In this document: in pieces, positions 50,678 to 61,504 of the stretch
Numbering within the stretch: the stretch's first letter is position 1
Layout: each line of letters begins with the position of its first letter
DNA from: Bacillota bacterium
GTDB taxonomy: Bacteria; Bacillota; Negativicutes; Sporomusales; CTSoil-080
Length of the DNA: 64,000 bases
Assembly: GCA_017889635.1 (NCBI GenBank)
Contig: JAGGAC010000026.1
Span: forward strand, 16,145-80,144
Direction: 5' to 3'
Made by a program: the position numbers and the translations under genes
Notes under the pieces: generated by a model
Seen by the model: the letters and a program-made list of their open reading frames with translations, nothing else
The model's database searches: none
What the model was told of the DNA's origin: nothing

Positions 50678-51278
50678 ATTATTTCTCCTCTCGTTTAGTT
50701 ACTAGCAATAATCAACCAAGTTCAACTCTTTTAAATCAATCTAATATTCGCAATATTATTATTGCACTTCTGATAAGCGAATTTCAACTACATTATTCTG
50801 TGGATAATCAGATTCTGAACGATCTAAGGGGAAACGCCAGCCAGCGACAGAAATTGGTTTATTTAGATTGTTCACTGACTTTCCTTAAAATCATGCTCGC
50901 ATAATATCGGCATAAAGGCAAATACACTTGGAAGAATGCTCAATCATTATCCATTTATTATATGTACCAAAATCATCACCCTTCGGCGGTAGCGCCCGGC
51001 ATTGGCCTTTTTTTCACATTCAAACTAAAAAAATACCCCGCTGCGCTATTGACTGAATCTTTCTACATAAAGACATTTTTATTATACCATTCAACTTTTT
51101 TTTGATAAAATAGAAAGAGCAGGTTGCACAATCGCAATAATGCATTAATTACAAAAAGCAAAATCTTTCATGGCGCAAAACCAAAGTGCGTAGCTTACTA
51201 AATTATTTGCTCCAGGCACTTCTTGTTGTGTATAATATACTAAGCAAATAACCTGGGACATTGCCTGAAGGAGGACAA

Positions 51279-52190
51279 ATGGACACCCGACAACTACGTT
51301 CCTTCATTGCTGTAGCCCAACATCTAAACTTTACTGAAGCAGCAAAACATCTGCATCTCGCCCAATCTTCCCTCAGTCGGCAAATAGCGGAACTAGAAAA
51401 AGAGCTCGGCGTTACGCTATTTTATCGTACCAACCGTGCTGTTCAGCTAACATCTGCCGGCACTTTAATGCTTAAAGAAGCTACCGCCCTCATTAGCAGA
51501 ATTGACGAATTAACCGAACAAACCCGTAAAGCAAATTCCGGTTTAATCGGCAGCCTGAAAATTGGCTGTCAGGGCGTAGAAAAATATTTTTTCCCCCAAC
51601 TAGCAAAACACTTTCGCCAAGCTTACGCTAACATTAATGTAACTATTGATTGGCTAAGTATAAAAGCGCTAACTTTAGCATTAATTCACGAACATATTGA
51701 TGTTGGTTTTACCCTGGAACTAGAGGTTCAAAATAACCCTGATCTAATATCAAAAGTGATATATACCGATCCCTTGGTAGTAATGATGCCTTACGACCAT
51801 CCATTAGCTAAGAATAGCAGTATCAGCCTAGCCAGTTTAGCAAAAGAGCCCTTTTTAATTCTTTCGCGTCAAGAATGTCCCAGTGGGTTTCAAAACACAG
51901 TCCGGCTATGTATTGACAACGGCTTTTCCCCTGACATTGTAAGTGAGCCTTCTTCATTGGAAGCACTTATGTTATTAGTAGAGTCGGGACTTGGTATTTC
52001 GCTAATTTCACAGCATATAGAAGCTTACGGTAATTCCAACCTACGATTTATCCCCCTCACCGAGAAAGAAGCAACAATCAATATAGTTGTCTGTTGGCAT
52101 AGAAAAAACACAAATCCGATAATCCCTATATTTATCAATGAACTTGATCAACTACTATTATCATATAACAAACCAGCTACTTCACAGTAA
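51279..52190 (+). CDS. LysR family transcriptional regulator
   Basis: LNFTEAAKHLHLAQSSLSRQIAELEKELG HTH; divergent from the MFS gene. Confidence 0.92.
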   Translation: MDTRQLRSFIAVAQHLNFTEAAKHLHLAQSSLSRQIAELEKELGVTLFYRTNRAVQLTSAGTLMLKEATALISRIDELTEQTRKANSGLIGSLKIGCQGVEKYFFPQLAKHFRQAYANINVTIDWLSIKALTLALIHEHIDVGFTLELEVQNNPDLISKVIYTDPLVVMMPYDHPLAKNSSISLASLAKEPFLILSRQECPSGFQNTVRLCIDNGFSPDIVSEPSSLEALMLLVESGLGISLISQHIEAYGNSNLRFIPLTEKEATINIVVCWHRKNTNPIIPIFINELDQLLLSYNKPATSQ

Positions 52191-52257
52191 CTGGTTTTTG
52201 TTGTGGCTTATGAGTTAAAGATATAAATAAATTACTATCTTGATTTATAAGACAGGC

Positions 52258-52312
52258 CGTAACAAAACAGTAATAAATCTGATAAAATGTTGTTACATGC
52301 TCTTGGTATAAT
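52258..52312 (+). promoter_or_regulatory. Four WalR-like half-sites at 11-bp period, last one 10 bp upstream of TATAAT
   Basis: CGTAAC(52258), AGTAAT(52269), TGATAA(52280), TGTTAC(52291); TATAAT at 52307-52312. Confidence 0.6.
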
Positions 52313-52344
52313 ATTATTAATTAGCTGTTTAAGGAGGTTTTCTT

Positions 52345-53637
52345 GTGAAATTGTCTCAACGGTGTCGCATCACCTTAATTTCTAGCTTAGTCATTGCAGC
52401 TTTATGCCACCCTGTGTTTGCAGGCCCAATTGAACTCACTTTAGACGATAGTATTAAATTAGCACTTAAAAATAATTACGATACTAAAATTGCAGAGGCC
52501 AACAGGGAACAGTATGCCTGGGCCATAAAACAAGCTAAGGCAAATAAAGGAGCTGCACTAACCTACGCTCATACCAGCGAACGTTATAATACCCCTCCTA
52601 CTATATACACGCCCAACTATACATATACCAACACTTTTGACAATCAGCTGTCCCTCACTTTCCCAGTATACTCCGGCGGTAAATTAGAAAGTAAAATTGA
52701 CCAGGCCAAACTTGATCTCACTGTTGCTGATCTTGATCTCGCTACCGCGAAACAGCAACTAAAACTAAATGTAGTAACCTACTACTTTAATGTCCTCGAG
52801 TACCGCAACGAAGTCCGAAATTGTCAAGAAACGGTTAATAATTACACAGAACACCTAAACCTGGTTAACAATAAATATCGTCTAGGTATGGTGGCAAAAA
52901 CCGATGTTTTATCAAGCCAGGTCAATCTGGCTGACGGCCAAGACAGTCTGATTAAAGCTCAAAATAACTATAATAACGCAGTAGCCACTCTCAATAATGC
53001 GCTTGGTCTTCCTCATGGTTCAGAGTTATCCCTAAAAGATGACTTTAAATATGTAAAAAATACACAGACCCTTGAAGAATGCCTTAATTACGCCGAAAAC
53101 CACCGACCGGAAATAGCCCAGTATAAAGCAAAAGTTGCCAGTGCTGAAGCCGATATCAAAATTGCCAAAAGCGGCTATCGTCCAACAGTTGATCTCACCG
53201 CCCAACAAGACTGGAATGATAGCCATCTACCTGGAACAGAAAACAGTAATTGGCTGGTAAAATTGACTGCATCTTTTAATTTATTTGATTCAGGCTTAAC
53301 CGACTCCCAAATTCACCAAGCTGACTACAGTTTGACCAAAGTTCGCCACCAAGCTAACCAAAAACGCGATTCAATTTTACTGGATGTACGTCAGTACTAT
53401 TTAAGTATGTATGAAGCCGAAAAAAGAATTGAAACAAGCAAAGTTTCTGTTAATCAAGCTTCCGAAAACCTGATGATTGAGAAAGCCAAATATAATCTCG
53501 GAGCTGGTACAAATATCGATGTCCTTGACGCTGTATTATCACTTGATAAAGCCAAGAAAAATTATACTCTGGCGTTATATGACTATAACACCGCTAAAGC
53601 CTCACTAGAACAAGCTATGGGGATACCAGTTAAATAA
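52345..53637 (+). CDS. TolC family outer membrane protein
   Basis: Signal peptide, LTLDDSIKLALKNN, PVYSGG; paralog of 17154..18449. Confidence 0.9.
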   Translation: MKLSQRCRITLISSLVIAALCHPVFAGPIELTLDDSIKLALKNNYDTKIAEANREQYAWAIKQAKANKGAALTYAHTSERYNTPPTIYTPNYTYTNTFDNQLSLTFPVYSGGKLESKIDQAKLDLTVADLDLATAKQQLKLNVVTYYFNVLEYRNEVRNCQETVNNYTEHLNLVNNKYRLGMVAKTDVLSSQVNLADGQDSLIKAQNNYNNAVATLNNALGLPHGSELSLKDDFKYVKNTQTLEECLNYAENHRPEIAQYKAKVASAEADIKIAKSGYRPTVDLTAQQDWNDSHLPGTENSNWLVKLTASFNLFDSGLTDSQIHQADYSLTKVRHQANQKRDSILLDVRQYYLSMYEAEKRIETSKVSVNQASENLMIEKAKYNLGAGTNIDVLDAVLSLDKAKKNYTLALYDYNTAKASLEQAMGIPVK

Positions 53638-53648
53638 ACCAATCTTCT

Positions 53649-53689
53649 CAAGAGAACCGCTTAAACCAATGAGTTTAGGTGGTTCTCTT
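53649..53689. terminator. Bidirectional terminator
   Basis: AAGAGAACCGCTTAAAC...GTTTAGGTGGTTCTCTT. Confidence 0.55.
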
Positions 53690-53706
53690 ATGTTAAATCC
53701 ATAAAT

Positions 53707-54027
53707 TCATAAACTGCTTTTAGCAATAATGCGTTTTATCTCTTCAATCTCTTTTTTCAGTTCTTTAAATTGCGTTTTAATTTCCTGTTCTTTTTGTTCA
53801 TTCTCCAACTCTTCTTGGCGAGCGTCTATAAGCGCCCGCTGGGCGGCAACAACTACGAGCACCTGACCTAAAAAACCAAAGAAAGCACTAATAACAAGTT
53901 GCTCCGTAATCTTAAGTGGTTGAGTTGCTATAACAAAACCAATTAAAAACTCTAACGTAACAATTTCATCAGGACTTAATTGAAACAGTAATGCGTCATC
54001 CAAAACCACCACCCCAGTCATTGCCAT
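53707..54027 (-). CDS. Hypothetical protein (hydrophobic N-half, coiled-coil C-terminus)
   Basis: 106-aa ORF filling the gap, protein-like composition; RBS weak. Confidence 0.55.
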   Translation of the reverse strand: MAMTGVVVLDDALLFQLSPDEIVTLEFLIGFVIATQPLKITEQLVISAFFGFLGQVLVVVAAQRALIDARQEELENEQKEQEIKTQFKELKKEIEEIKRIIAKSSL

Positions 54028-54141
54028 TTACGATAAAATATGTTTTATATTAATTGTCTATGATACACACTACCGCAAAATGAAATAAACGACCGGGAAA
54101 AAATCTCCCGGTCGTATACTTACAACGCCTTTTAGTAGCGC

Positions 54142-55218
54142 TTATGCAAGTAATTCAGCTTCTTCATTTACTTCTACTTTGGCTTCAGTATTTTTTTGCG
54201 GCACTGGTTTTCCGACTGACATAAGCTCACGGATTTTCGCTTCGATTTCTCTTGCGACTTCAGGCTGTTCCTTTAGTACCTCTTTTGCATTCTCCCGCCC
54301 CTGTCCCAATCGGTTTTGGCCGTACGAATACCACGCACCGCTCTTATTTATGACCTCTAGCTCAACGCCCATATCAACCAAAATCCCCTCATGGGAAATT
54401 CCCTGGCCATACATGATGTCGAATTCAGCCTGTCTAAACGGGGGAGCTACTTTATTCTTGACTACTTTCACTTTGGTACGCGAACCGACCACATCATTAC
54501 CCTGTTTTAAAGTTTCTCCTTTACGGACTTCAATTCGTACCGAAGCGTAAAATTTCAGCGCCCGACCACCGGTTGTAGTCTCAGGATTGCCAAACATAAC
54601 CCCCACTTTTTCTCGCAGCTGGTTAATAAAAATAGTAATGGTACGGGACTTGCTGATTATTGCCGTCAATTTGCGCATCGCCTGTGACATAAGTCTGGCC
54701 TGCAAACCAACATGCGAATCCCCCATTTCACCTTCAAGCTCAGCCTTCGGTACCAGTGCAGCAACAGAATCAACAACAATAACATCAACAGCATTACTCC
54801 GCACTAAAGCCTCCGCTATTTCAAGCGCCTGCTCTCCACTATCCGGCTGAGAAACAAGCATTTCATCAATATTAACGCCAAGCGCTCTTGCATATACCGG
54901 ATCCAGCGCATGTTCAGCGTCAATAAAAGCTGCTACACCACCGGTCTTTTGTACTTCAGCAATTATATGCAGCGCAACAGTTGTTTTACCAGATGATTCC
55001 GGGCCATATATTTCAACAACCCTCCCGCGCGGAACACCACCAACCCCAAGCGCGACATCTAACGATAACGCCCCCGTTGGAATTACATCAACCTGCATAT
55101 TGGCAACAGCCTCGCCCAGCCTCATAATCGAACCTTTGCCAAAATCCTTCTCAATTTGCTTCAATGTATTTTCAAGCGCCTTTACTCTGTCAATTGCTTC
55201 GCCATTTTTCTCAGCCAT
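54142..55218 (-). CDS. recA: Recombinase A
   Basis: [26 protein letters not shown]; ATG at 55218 with RBS. Confidence 0.98.
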   Translation of the reverse strand: MAEKNGEAIDRVKALENTLKQIEKDFGKGSIMRLGEAVANMQVDVIPTGALSLDVALGVGGVPRGRVVEIYGPESSGKTTVALHIIAEVQKTGGVAAFIDAEHALDPVYARALGVNIDEMLVSQPDSGEQALEIAEALVRSNAVDVIVVDSVAALVPKAELEGEMGDSHVGLQARLMSQAMRKLTAIISKSRTITIFINQLREKVGVMFGNPETTTGGRALKFYASVRIEVRKGETLKQGNDVVGSRTKVKVVKNKVAPPFRQAEFDIMYGQGISHEGILVDMGVELEVINKSGAWYSYGQNRLGQGRENAKEVLKEQPEVAREIEAKIRELMSVGKPVPQKNTEAKVEVNEEAELLA

Positions 55219-55234
55219 AGCTATTCCCTCCACA

Positions 55235-55275
55235 GAACTAATGTTCAGTTATATTTTATCACCGAACATTAGTTC
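55235..55275. promoter_or_regulatory. Two Gram-positive LexA (Cheo) boxes
   Basis: GAAC-TAAT-GTTC (55235-55246) and GAAC-ATTA-GTTC (55264-55275) upstream of recA. Confidence 0.85.
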
Positions 55276-55304
55276 TGTAAATAGCTTTTAAATAATTTTT
55301 GATA

Positions 55305-55781
55305 TTATTGCTTTTGTTTTTTTACAGCCTGATAATTATTATATCTTTCCTTGCCTCTTTCATAAGCATTCTGTTCCTCTTCGGCGGTTATTTCCAGCGG
55401 CGGTACCCTAATAGGTTTTTTCCCTGCATTAAGTGCAATCATTGTAAAGTAACCACTGAGCGCCTTTTGGCAGGGATCATTGCTGTAGAGGTCTTCAACA
55501 AAAACTGTAACCGCGACTTCCATTGAACTACGGCCAACAAAAGTCAGATGAGCATGACAAGTCACCAAGTTTCCAACATATATTGGAAGGTGAAAAGTTA
55601 ATTCATCTACTCGGGCAGTCACAACATTGGTAAGTGCATGACGTTGGGCACAAACGAAAGCAGCATTATCCATCATCTTCATGATTTCACCGCCATGAAC
55701 ATTTCCTGCCGGATTAGCCTGATTAGGCTGCATAACCGCCGACATTACAACTTTTGAGCAAGCTACCGTCTTTCCCTCCAC
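55305..55781 (-). CDS. Acyl-CoA thioesterase (hotdog fold, YciA-like)
   Basis: ANPAGNVHGGEIMKMMD, VVTARVD, VGRSSMEV. Confidence 0.9.
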   Translation of the reverse strand: MEGKTVACSKVVMSAVMQPNQANPAGNVHGGEIMKMMDNAAFVCAQRHALTNVVTARVDELTFHLPIYVGNLVTCHAHLTFVGRSSMEVAVTVFVEDLYSNDPCQKALSGYFTMIALNAGKKPIRVPPLEITAEEEQNAYERGKERYNNYQAVKKQKQ

Positions 55782-55943
55782 AACATACCTCCTAGCTAAA
55801 TTTCCACTTTTTGGTTATTAACTGCGTTTTTAGTATATCACAGGTCCAGTCGCTAACTGTTAAAATACAATTAAGATTATTTAACTTTCGGGCTAACTTG
55901 ATCAGATTTCCTGTTGATTTTTCCCGAAACATGACTGTAACGG

Positions 55944-55973
55944 TAGCAACTTCACTTGATTACGCATAATATA
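55944..55973 (+). promoter_or_regulatory. sigmaK-like promoter TAGCA-N16-CATAATATA
   Basis: Same spacing and motif as at 63517-63546. Confidence 0.5.
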
Positions 55974-56009
55974 CACAGGAAATGAAACCGAATATAAGGA
56001 GGTATTTGT

Positions 56010-56123
56010 ATGGGTCTCGGTAGATTCGGTTGCGGTGGCGGCGGAGGCTCTATCGCTATTGTGATCATAATCATTATTCTGCTCCTATTATTCTGGGGTG
56101 AAGAAAGTTCTGTATCTATTTAA
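56010..56123 (+). CDS. 37-aa Gly-rich single-TM microprotein (YjcZ/SscA-like)
   Basis: TAAGGAGGT RBS; MGLGRFGCGGGGGSIAIVIIIIILLLLFWGEESSVSI; paralog at 63574. Confidence 0.8.
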   Translation: MGLGRFGCGGGGGSIAIVIIIIILLLLFWGEESSVSI

Positions 56124-56252
56124 GCTCAACACTTTTCACTTACAGAATACTATCTCGCCCTGCTAGCACCCCTATTATCCCCCCTATTTTATAAATGGCA
56201 ATGGTACTATCAGATAATTAGTCAAGCCCTACCAGCCAGCCAAACTTCTAAA

Positions 56253-56307
56253 TACTCCATAACTAAGCACCTATTTCTTATTGAAATAGGTGCTTAGTTA
56301 TGGAGTA
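56253..56307. repeat. 25-bp perfect inverted repeat (hairpin)
   Basis: TACTCCATAACTAAGCACCTATTTC-TTATT-GAAATAGGTGCTTAGTTATGGAGTA. Confidence 0.75.
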
Positions 56308-56676
56308 GAGCATGCATGATCACACTCCTTTACTACAACTATAGAAATAATCCATCAACTAGATATCTTTGTATCTAATAATAAGAATTTTTTACTAGCC
56401 GCCTTTTTAATACCAAATCTTAAAGATATTATGTAGATTTATCCTTGTATAATATATAACTATAAAGGAGGGAACGCCTACCAAGCAATATTACAAAGTT
56501 AATGTGCATAGAAAAAAACATGTGAAGACCCCGTGGATATTAGTAACTTCACTGTACAATTCAAGGAAAAAGCAGCTGCCGTTGAAATCCCTGGAGCTCC
56601 AATTAAGCTGGCGCAATAGTAAAGAACAGCAATCAGTAATTACAAAATAACATTGCTTAAAAGGAGCGATATTTTC

Positions 56677-57165
56677 TTGAAATGGGTTAATCACAAACTG
56701 GTTACAGGCAGTTTAATTTTTGCAGTAACCGGCAATCCGATTCTAAGCTTAGTTTCAGCAGCTGGCAGCATTGTTCCAGATGCTATAGAAAGAATGCCAA
56801 TCGGCAAACGAATGACTCATAGACAATTCTCGCATTGGTGGCTTCCATATCTGGTAGTCTTCTATTTATCATATTCCTCTGCATCACAGCATGGGGTTCT
56901 TAATATAACTGCCAAGAATATTTACGACTTAGTTTTCTATCAACATTTTTCGTCCCTAAGCGGCTTTTTAGTGATAGCTTACTTCAGTCTTGGTAGCCTG
57001 CTACACATTGCTGAAGATGCCTTCTGTGGAACAGTTCCTTGTATTACTATTCATCACCGGATTGGAATAAAATTATTTAAGGTCGGCTCACCACGGGAAT
57101 ATTTGATCGCTTTTAGTCTCAGTTTGCTGCTTTTGTCCAGTAGACTGTATTTAGGCTGGTTTTAA
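56677..57165 (+). CDS. Membrane-bound metal-dependent hydrolase (YdjM family)
   Basis: MKWVNH, PDAIE, HRQFSH, HIAED motifs; TTG start after AAGGAG. Confidence 0.8.
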   Translation: MKWVNHKLVTGSLIFAVTGNPILSLVSAAGSIVPDAIERMPIGKRMTHRQFSHWWLPYLVVFYLSYSSASQHGVLNITAKNIYDLVFYQHFSSLSGFLVIAYFSLGSLLHIAEDAFCGTVPCITIHHRIGIKLFKVGSPREYLIAFSLSLLLLSSRLYLGWF

Positions 57166-57213
57166 TAACCACCACGGCTTAATCATAATCATGATTAAGC
57201 CGTGGTGGTTATT
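57164..57213. terminator. Bidirectional terminator (23-bp stem)
   Basis: AATAACCACCACGGCTTAATCAT-4nt-ATGATTAAGCCGTGGTGGTTATT between convergent genes. Confidence 0.7.
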
Positions 57214-57214
57214 T

Positions 57215-58927
57215 TTATATTTTAAAATTTTGGATTGCCTGTTGTAATTCCTCTGCCATCTTAGCTAACGCCTGACCAGAAGCTGCAATTTGTTCCATAG
57301 ATGCGGATTGCTCTTCAGTTGCTGCTGATACCGTCTGAGTCTGGCCAGCGGTATTTTTGCTTTCGTCGTCAATTGCTTTTACAGCCCCCACAATTTGCTG
57401 GCTACCAGCAGCCATCTCCTCTATAGCAGTCGATATTTCCCGTACTTGATTGGACATTTGTCCAATCATCTGAACAATTTCACGGAAACTTGCTCCAGCC
57501 ATATTAACAACCTCGGTGCCTGTTGTAACTTCTTTTTTCCCTTCATCCATAAAGGTAACTGCATCACTAGTCTTACTTTGAACTTCACTAATTAAATTGG
57601 CAATTTGCTTTGCAGATTCTTGGGACTGTTCAGCAAGTTTGCGTACTTCATCAGCAACCACTGCAAATCCGCGCCCCTGCTCCCCAGCTCTTGCCGCTTC
57701 AATTGCAGCATTTAAGGCTAAAAGATTAGTCTGCCCAGCAATACTTGATATAACCTCAACAATTTGGCCGATCTTTTTCGATTTCTCTTCCAATTCACTA
57801 ATCACATTTGCTGTATTTGTTGTCTTCTCTTCAATAACAAGCATCTGATTTACTGCTTTTTCTATAGCTTTTTCTCCGTCATTTGCTGTCCTTGCCGTTT
57901 TTTCCGCCGCACTTGAAACTCCATTGGCATTTGACGCTACTTGCTGTATTCCGGCTGACATTTGTTCAACAGTAGCGGTTGAGGCTTCTATAGCCTTAAG
58001 CTGTTTTTCTGTTCCTTTGGCAACTTCAGTAATTGAAAAAGCAACTTGATTGGCTGCTTGTGCTGATTGCTCAGCACTTGATGCCATTTCCTCAGAAGAT
58101 GCAGCCAAATGTTCAGATGTTTGAGTCAACTGCCTAATTAAGCCTCGCATATTTTCGTTTGTTTTATCAAAGGCTTTCGCCAGATCACCAGTTTCATCCT
58201 GCGAATTAAGATGATCTGCCAATACATCAATTGAAAAATTCCCTTTAGCAATTTCACTCATATGTAGAATTGCGCCATGAATTGGTCTGGTAATCTTCCG
58301 GGTAATAATAACAGCAGTTCCTATGCCGATGACAACCGCAACTATTGTCAGTACTAGCAATACCACATAAGCACCTTTCCCTGTAACCTTAGCATCCTCA
58401 AACGCATCGTCGATTTGTTTATTACGAAATTGAATATATTCTTCTTGCTTTTTACTAATCTCCGCCGCCGTAGGCTCTAACTCACTTCTCATAACTGCAA
58501 ATAGTTCTTCGAATTTCCCTTCCCGCCTTAACGGAATAACCTTTTCCATAGCTATTTTATTGTATGCATCATCCAATGCTTTTAGCTCTTGTGCAAACTG
58601 CTTATCCTGCGGAGTAATTGCCATCTCAATTAATTCTTGAGTAATTTGATTATCTTCTTTCCCTAGCTTTTCATACTCCTCTAAATAAGAATCTTTTCCT
58701 ATAACTAAAAAACCTAGTACTTGTGCCATTTTTAAATTATTATTACTAACTAGCTTATTGGTTTTTTCCAACAAAACTAGATTTTTTTCCTGTAAATTTT
58801 CATTAATACAATTCATACTCTTAATCAAATACATTCCCACACTAGTAGAAATAACCATAATTACGAGAACAACTACAAAACCAATCGTAATTCTTGTTCC
58901 AATTCTCACGTTGCTAGCACCATCCAT
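57215..58927 (-). CDS. Methyl-accepting chemotaxis protein (4HB sensor, HAMP)
   Basis: Two TMs; [38 protein letters not shown]. Confidence 0.95.
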   Translation of the reverse strand: MDGASNVRIGTRITIGFVVVLVIMVISTSVGMYLIKSMNCINENLQEKNLVLLEKTNKLVSNNNLKMAQVLGFLVIGKDSYLEEYEKLGKEDNQITQELIEMAITPQDKQFAQELKALDDAYNKIAMEKVIPLRREGKFEELFAVMRSELEPTAAEISKKQEEYIQFRNKQIDDAFEDAKVTGKGAYVVLLVLTIVAVVIGIGTAVIITRKITRPIHGAILHMSEIAKGNFSIDVLADHLNSQDETGDLAKAFDKTNENMRGLIRQLTQTSEHLAASSEEMASSAEQSAQAANQVAFSITEVAKGTEKQLKAIEASTATVEQMSAGIQQVASNANGVSSAAEKTARTANDGEKAIEKAVNQMLVIEEKTTNTANVISELEEKSKKIGQIVEVISSIAGQTNLLALNAAIEAARAGEQGRGFAVVADEVRKLAEQSQESAKQIANLISEVQSKTSDAVTFMDEGKKEVTTGTEVVNMAGASFREIVQMIGQMSNQVREISTAIEEMAAGSQQIVGAVKAIDDESKNTAGQTQTVSAATEEQSASMEQIAASGQALAKMAEELQQAIQNFKI

Positions 58928-59365
58928 TTTTCTGTATATTTATTTTCCATCATTACACAATTAGCCATCACATTACTAACATTGGATAACTATTTATATC
59001 GTAATCACCTCAATCCCCCGCCCCTCTGCATCGTCTACAAATATATTGCCTCAGATTTACTATAATCAAGTTTACGGCTACGTGCATTTATTGTTGCATT
59101 TCCAAATTCTTTTTCCTTATTCACCTTTCATTTTTTGACATTTTATTATCTTTTTTCGATATTATTTTACATTTTCCTCTATCTTTTTCCAATTATATCT
59201 AAACTTCCATACCAAATTCTAATATTACAAGAAATATTCTAGCATCAAGATTGACAAAGATTCTAAATAGCTGCTATGTTATTTCCAATAATTTCTATAA
59301 GTTTTAGTTATCTAAGTTTGCTCACGCCAGGAATATTGATATGACCACCTTACTCCATGAATAGC

Positions 59366-59423
59366 TATAAGTAATTAGAGAAGCCATGGGCTTATAAGCC
59401 CATGACTTCTCTAATTACTTATA
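59366..59423. repeat. 58-bp near-perfect loopless palindrome
   Basis: 29-bp arms with one mismatch, centred on CTTA|TAAG. Confidence 0.75.
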
Positions 59424-59629
59424 TAAAAATCTGGTCAAACATAACAATTTTGTTTTCAGGCACACAAATTGCGTTAAATAAATGTAGATAAAAAATCCAA
59501 CAACTTATTTGTTGGCTCAATACTTAAATTTAGGCATATAAAAACGCCCTCATCCAAGTAATATTTATTCTCAAAACGGTAAAAACAGTACCATTGTGAG
59601 AATATGAAAAAAATTTAAAGGAGAGTAAA

Positions 59630-59900
59630 ACGAGTTACCTTGATACTGCCCACGAATTATACAAAACAGCAGCATTATCTCCGCAAACAAAACTTTGCTG
59701 CGTTACAAACCAGCCAAAGTATCTATCAGAATTAATTTTTCCCAGCATCATGCACGAAATGAATTACGGCTGTGGAACAACAGTCCATTTAGGTGAACTA
59801 AATCCCCAAGCAACTAGATGGCAACCTTCGCGCCCTCCAGCGCAAAGATCTCTTCATTACTCAACCTACCTATCATTATACCAGTGGAGGTTGCTGTTAA
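59630..59900 (+). pseudogene. arsM: Collapsed arsenosugar-type arsenite methyltransferase remnant
   Basis: AAAGGAGAG RBS then ACG-SYLDTAHELY...LCCV...MHEMNYGCGTTVH; C-terminal TYHYTSGGCC* in another frame; middle missing. Confidence 0.7.
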
Positions 59901-59941
59901 AATAACACCATATTTATTAGTCAGAAAGTGAGGTTTTACTA

Positions 59942-60844
59942 TTGCTAAAAATCTGGTTTTGGGCATTAAGACCTTGGTCTTATACTGCCGCATTTGTGCC
60001 TGTCGCCCTCGGTACCGTTTTAGCTGCATGGCAGGACAAATTCGATATTGGCTTGTTTCTCCTGACACTGGTGGGGGGAGTTTTTATGCAGGCAGGAACT
60101 AATTTAATAAATACCTACGGTGATTACATATCCGGAGTAGACACTCTGGATTCGGCAGTAACTTGTCCGCAATTAGTATCCGGAATATTGAAACCGTTTG
60201 AAATAAAAGCAGCCGGAATAGTTTTTTTTGCTTTTGCCTGCGCAATTGGAGGCTGGCTCACTTATCAGCGAGGCTGGCCAATCATCATTGTCGGCTTGAT
60301 AGGCCTAATAGGCGGTTATTGTTACACCGCAGGTTTTTCATATAAATACAAAGGTTTGGGTTCGATTGTGGTCTTTTTCCTGATGGGCCCACTCATGGCT
60401 TGGCCGGCATATTTTATTCAAACCGGCCAATTGAACTGGCTCCCAGTATGGGTTTCCCTTCCTGTTGGGTTTCTTGTGGCCGGTATATTGCATGCTAACG
60501 ATCTAAGGGATATGGCTTATGACCGCCAAGCAGGCATAAAGACTCTTGCATTAATTCTCGGACTGCGAAAAAGTATGACTCTTTATTACAGTTTGTATTT
60601 AGCCGCTTTCCTTTGTCTCGCCGGAATGGTGTCTGCTTCACTTTTGCCTTGGACAGCTGCTTTACCGGTAATATTAATACCAACAACATTAAAATTACTA
60701 GACCAAGCTAGGATTGCTGCCAAAGGCTCGCGTGAAGCTATGCTCGTCCTCGAAAGCGCAGCCGCCAAATTTCATTTTCAATTTGGTTTGTTGCTGATTG
60801 CCGGTGTTGCTATCCATCCCCTTGCGCAAAGGTGGCTAATGTGA
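59942..60844 (+). CDS. menA: 1,4-dihydroxy-2-naphthoate prenyltransferase (UbiA family)
   Basis: ALRPWS, NLINTYGDY..GVD, HANDLRD..D..AGIKTL. Confidence 0.85.
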   Translation: MLKIWFWALRPWSYTAAFVPVALGTVLAAWQDKFDIGLFLLTLVGGVFMQAGTNLINTYGDYISGVDTLDSAVTCPQLVSGILKPFEIKAAGIVFFAFACAIGGWLTYQRGWPIIIVGLIGLIGGYCYTAGFSYKYKGLGSIVVFFLMGPLMAWPAYFIQTGQLNWLPVWVSLPVGFLVAGILHANDLRDMAYDRQAGIKTLALILGLRKSMTLYYSLYLAAFLCLAGMVSASLLPWTAALPVILIPTTLKLLDQARIAAKGSREAMLVLESAAAKFHFQFGLLLIAGVAIHPLAQRWLM

Positions 60845-61464
60845 ATAAAAAACCTGCCACAATACAGATATTACTTTGCCTTCTATTGGCATTTTGCTTT
60901 TGGTATCTTACCTTTACTGTGAAATTATTGAATTTCTGGCTCTCTATGGCGATTGCCGCAATCATTCTGTCCACTCTGGCCTTGGCTTTCGGCGCCCATA
61001 ACTTACAAAAAAGCGAACTCACCCTCGATAACTTTTTACGCGGGCTTTTTGCTGCACTTATCCTTTACGGAATCTTTAGGGCCGGAAATATCATTTCACA
61101 AGCCCTGTTTCATTTTGCTAAACCAGAGATATCTTCAATCTATAGCATCCGTAGTGAAGGACAGGCCGCCATTATCACCTTTGTGTTGTTATTTATCACC
61201 AGTCCTGGGGAAGAATTCTTCTGGCGAGGCTTTCTACAGCGCTGGACAATGGAACGGTTTGGCCCTATAATAGGCTGGCTCACTGCCTCTATAATCTATG
61301 GCGCCGTTCATATTGCATCAGGTAATATCATGCTAGTGCTGGCAGCGCTGGTCGCTGGACTATTCTGGGGCTGGCTTTACCGTTATTCAGGCAGCTTGTT
61401 TGCATGCATAATTTCACATGCAGTTTGGACTGTGGGGATATTTGTTTTGTTTCCAATCCTATAG
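60841..61464 (+). CDS. CPBP family intramembrane metalloprotease
   Basis: EEFFWRG, YGAVH, SHAVW motifs; GTG start overlaps menA stop. Confidence 0.85.
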   Translation: MNKKPATIQILLCLLLAFCFWYLTFTVKLLNFWLSMAIAAIILSTLALAFGAHNLQKSELTLDNFLRGLFAALILYGIFRAGNIISQALFHFAKPEISSIYSIRSEGQAAIITFVLLFITSPGEEFFWRGFLQRWTMERFGPIIGWLTASIIYGAVHIASGNIMLVLAALVAGLFWGWLYRYSGSLFACIISHAVWTVGIFVLFPIL

Positions 61465-61504
61465 CCAATATAAATAATACACTTCCTTTATAAATTGCCC
61501 ACTT

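Noticed and set aside
50799-50807. Perfect DnaA box (TTATCCACA, minus strand)
   Set aside because: Single isolated copy with no origin context; plausible by chance.
50680-51260. Long MFS-LysR intergenic region with a GC-rich patch as riboswitch or gene remnant
   Set aside because: No recognisable riboswitch consensus and no interpretable reading frame.
59814-60068. 84-aa minus-strand ORF
   Set aside because: Antisense to menA and the arsM relic; no RBS or motif.
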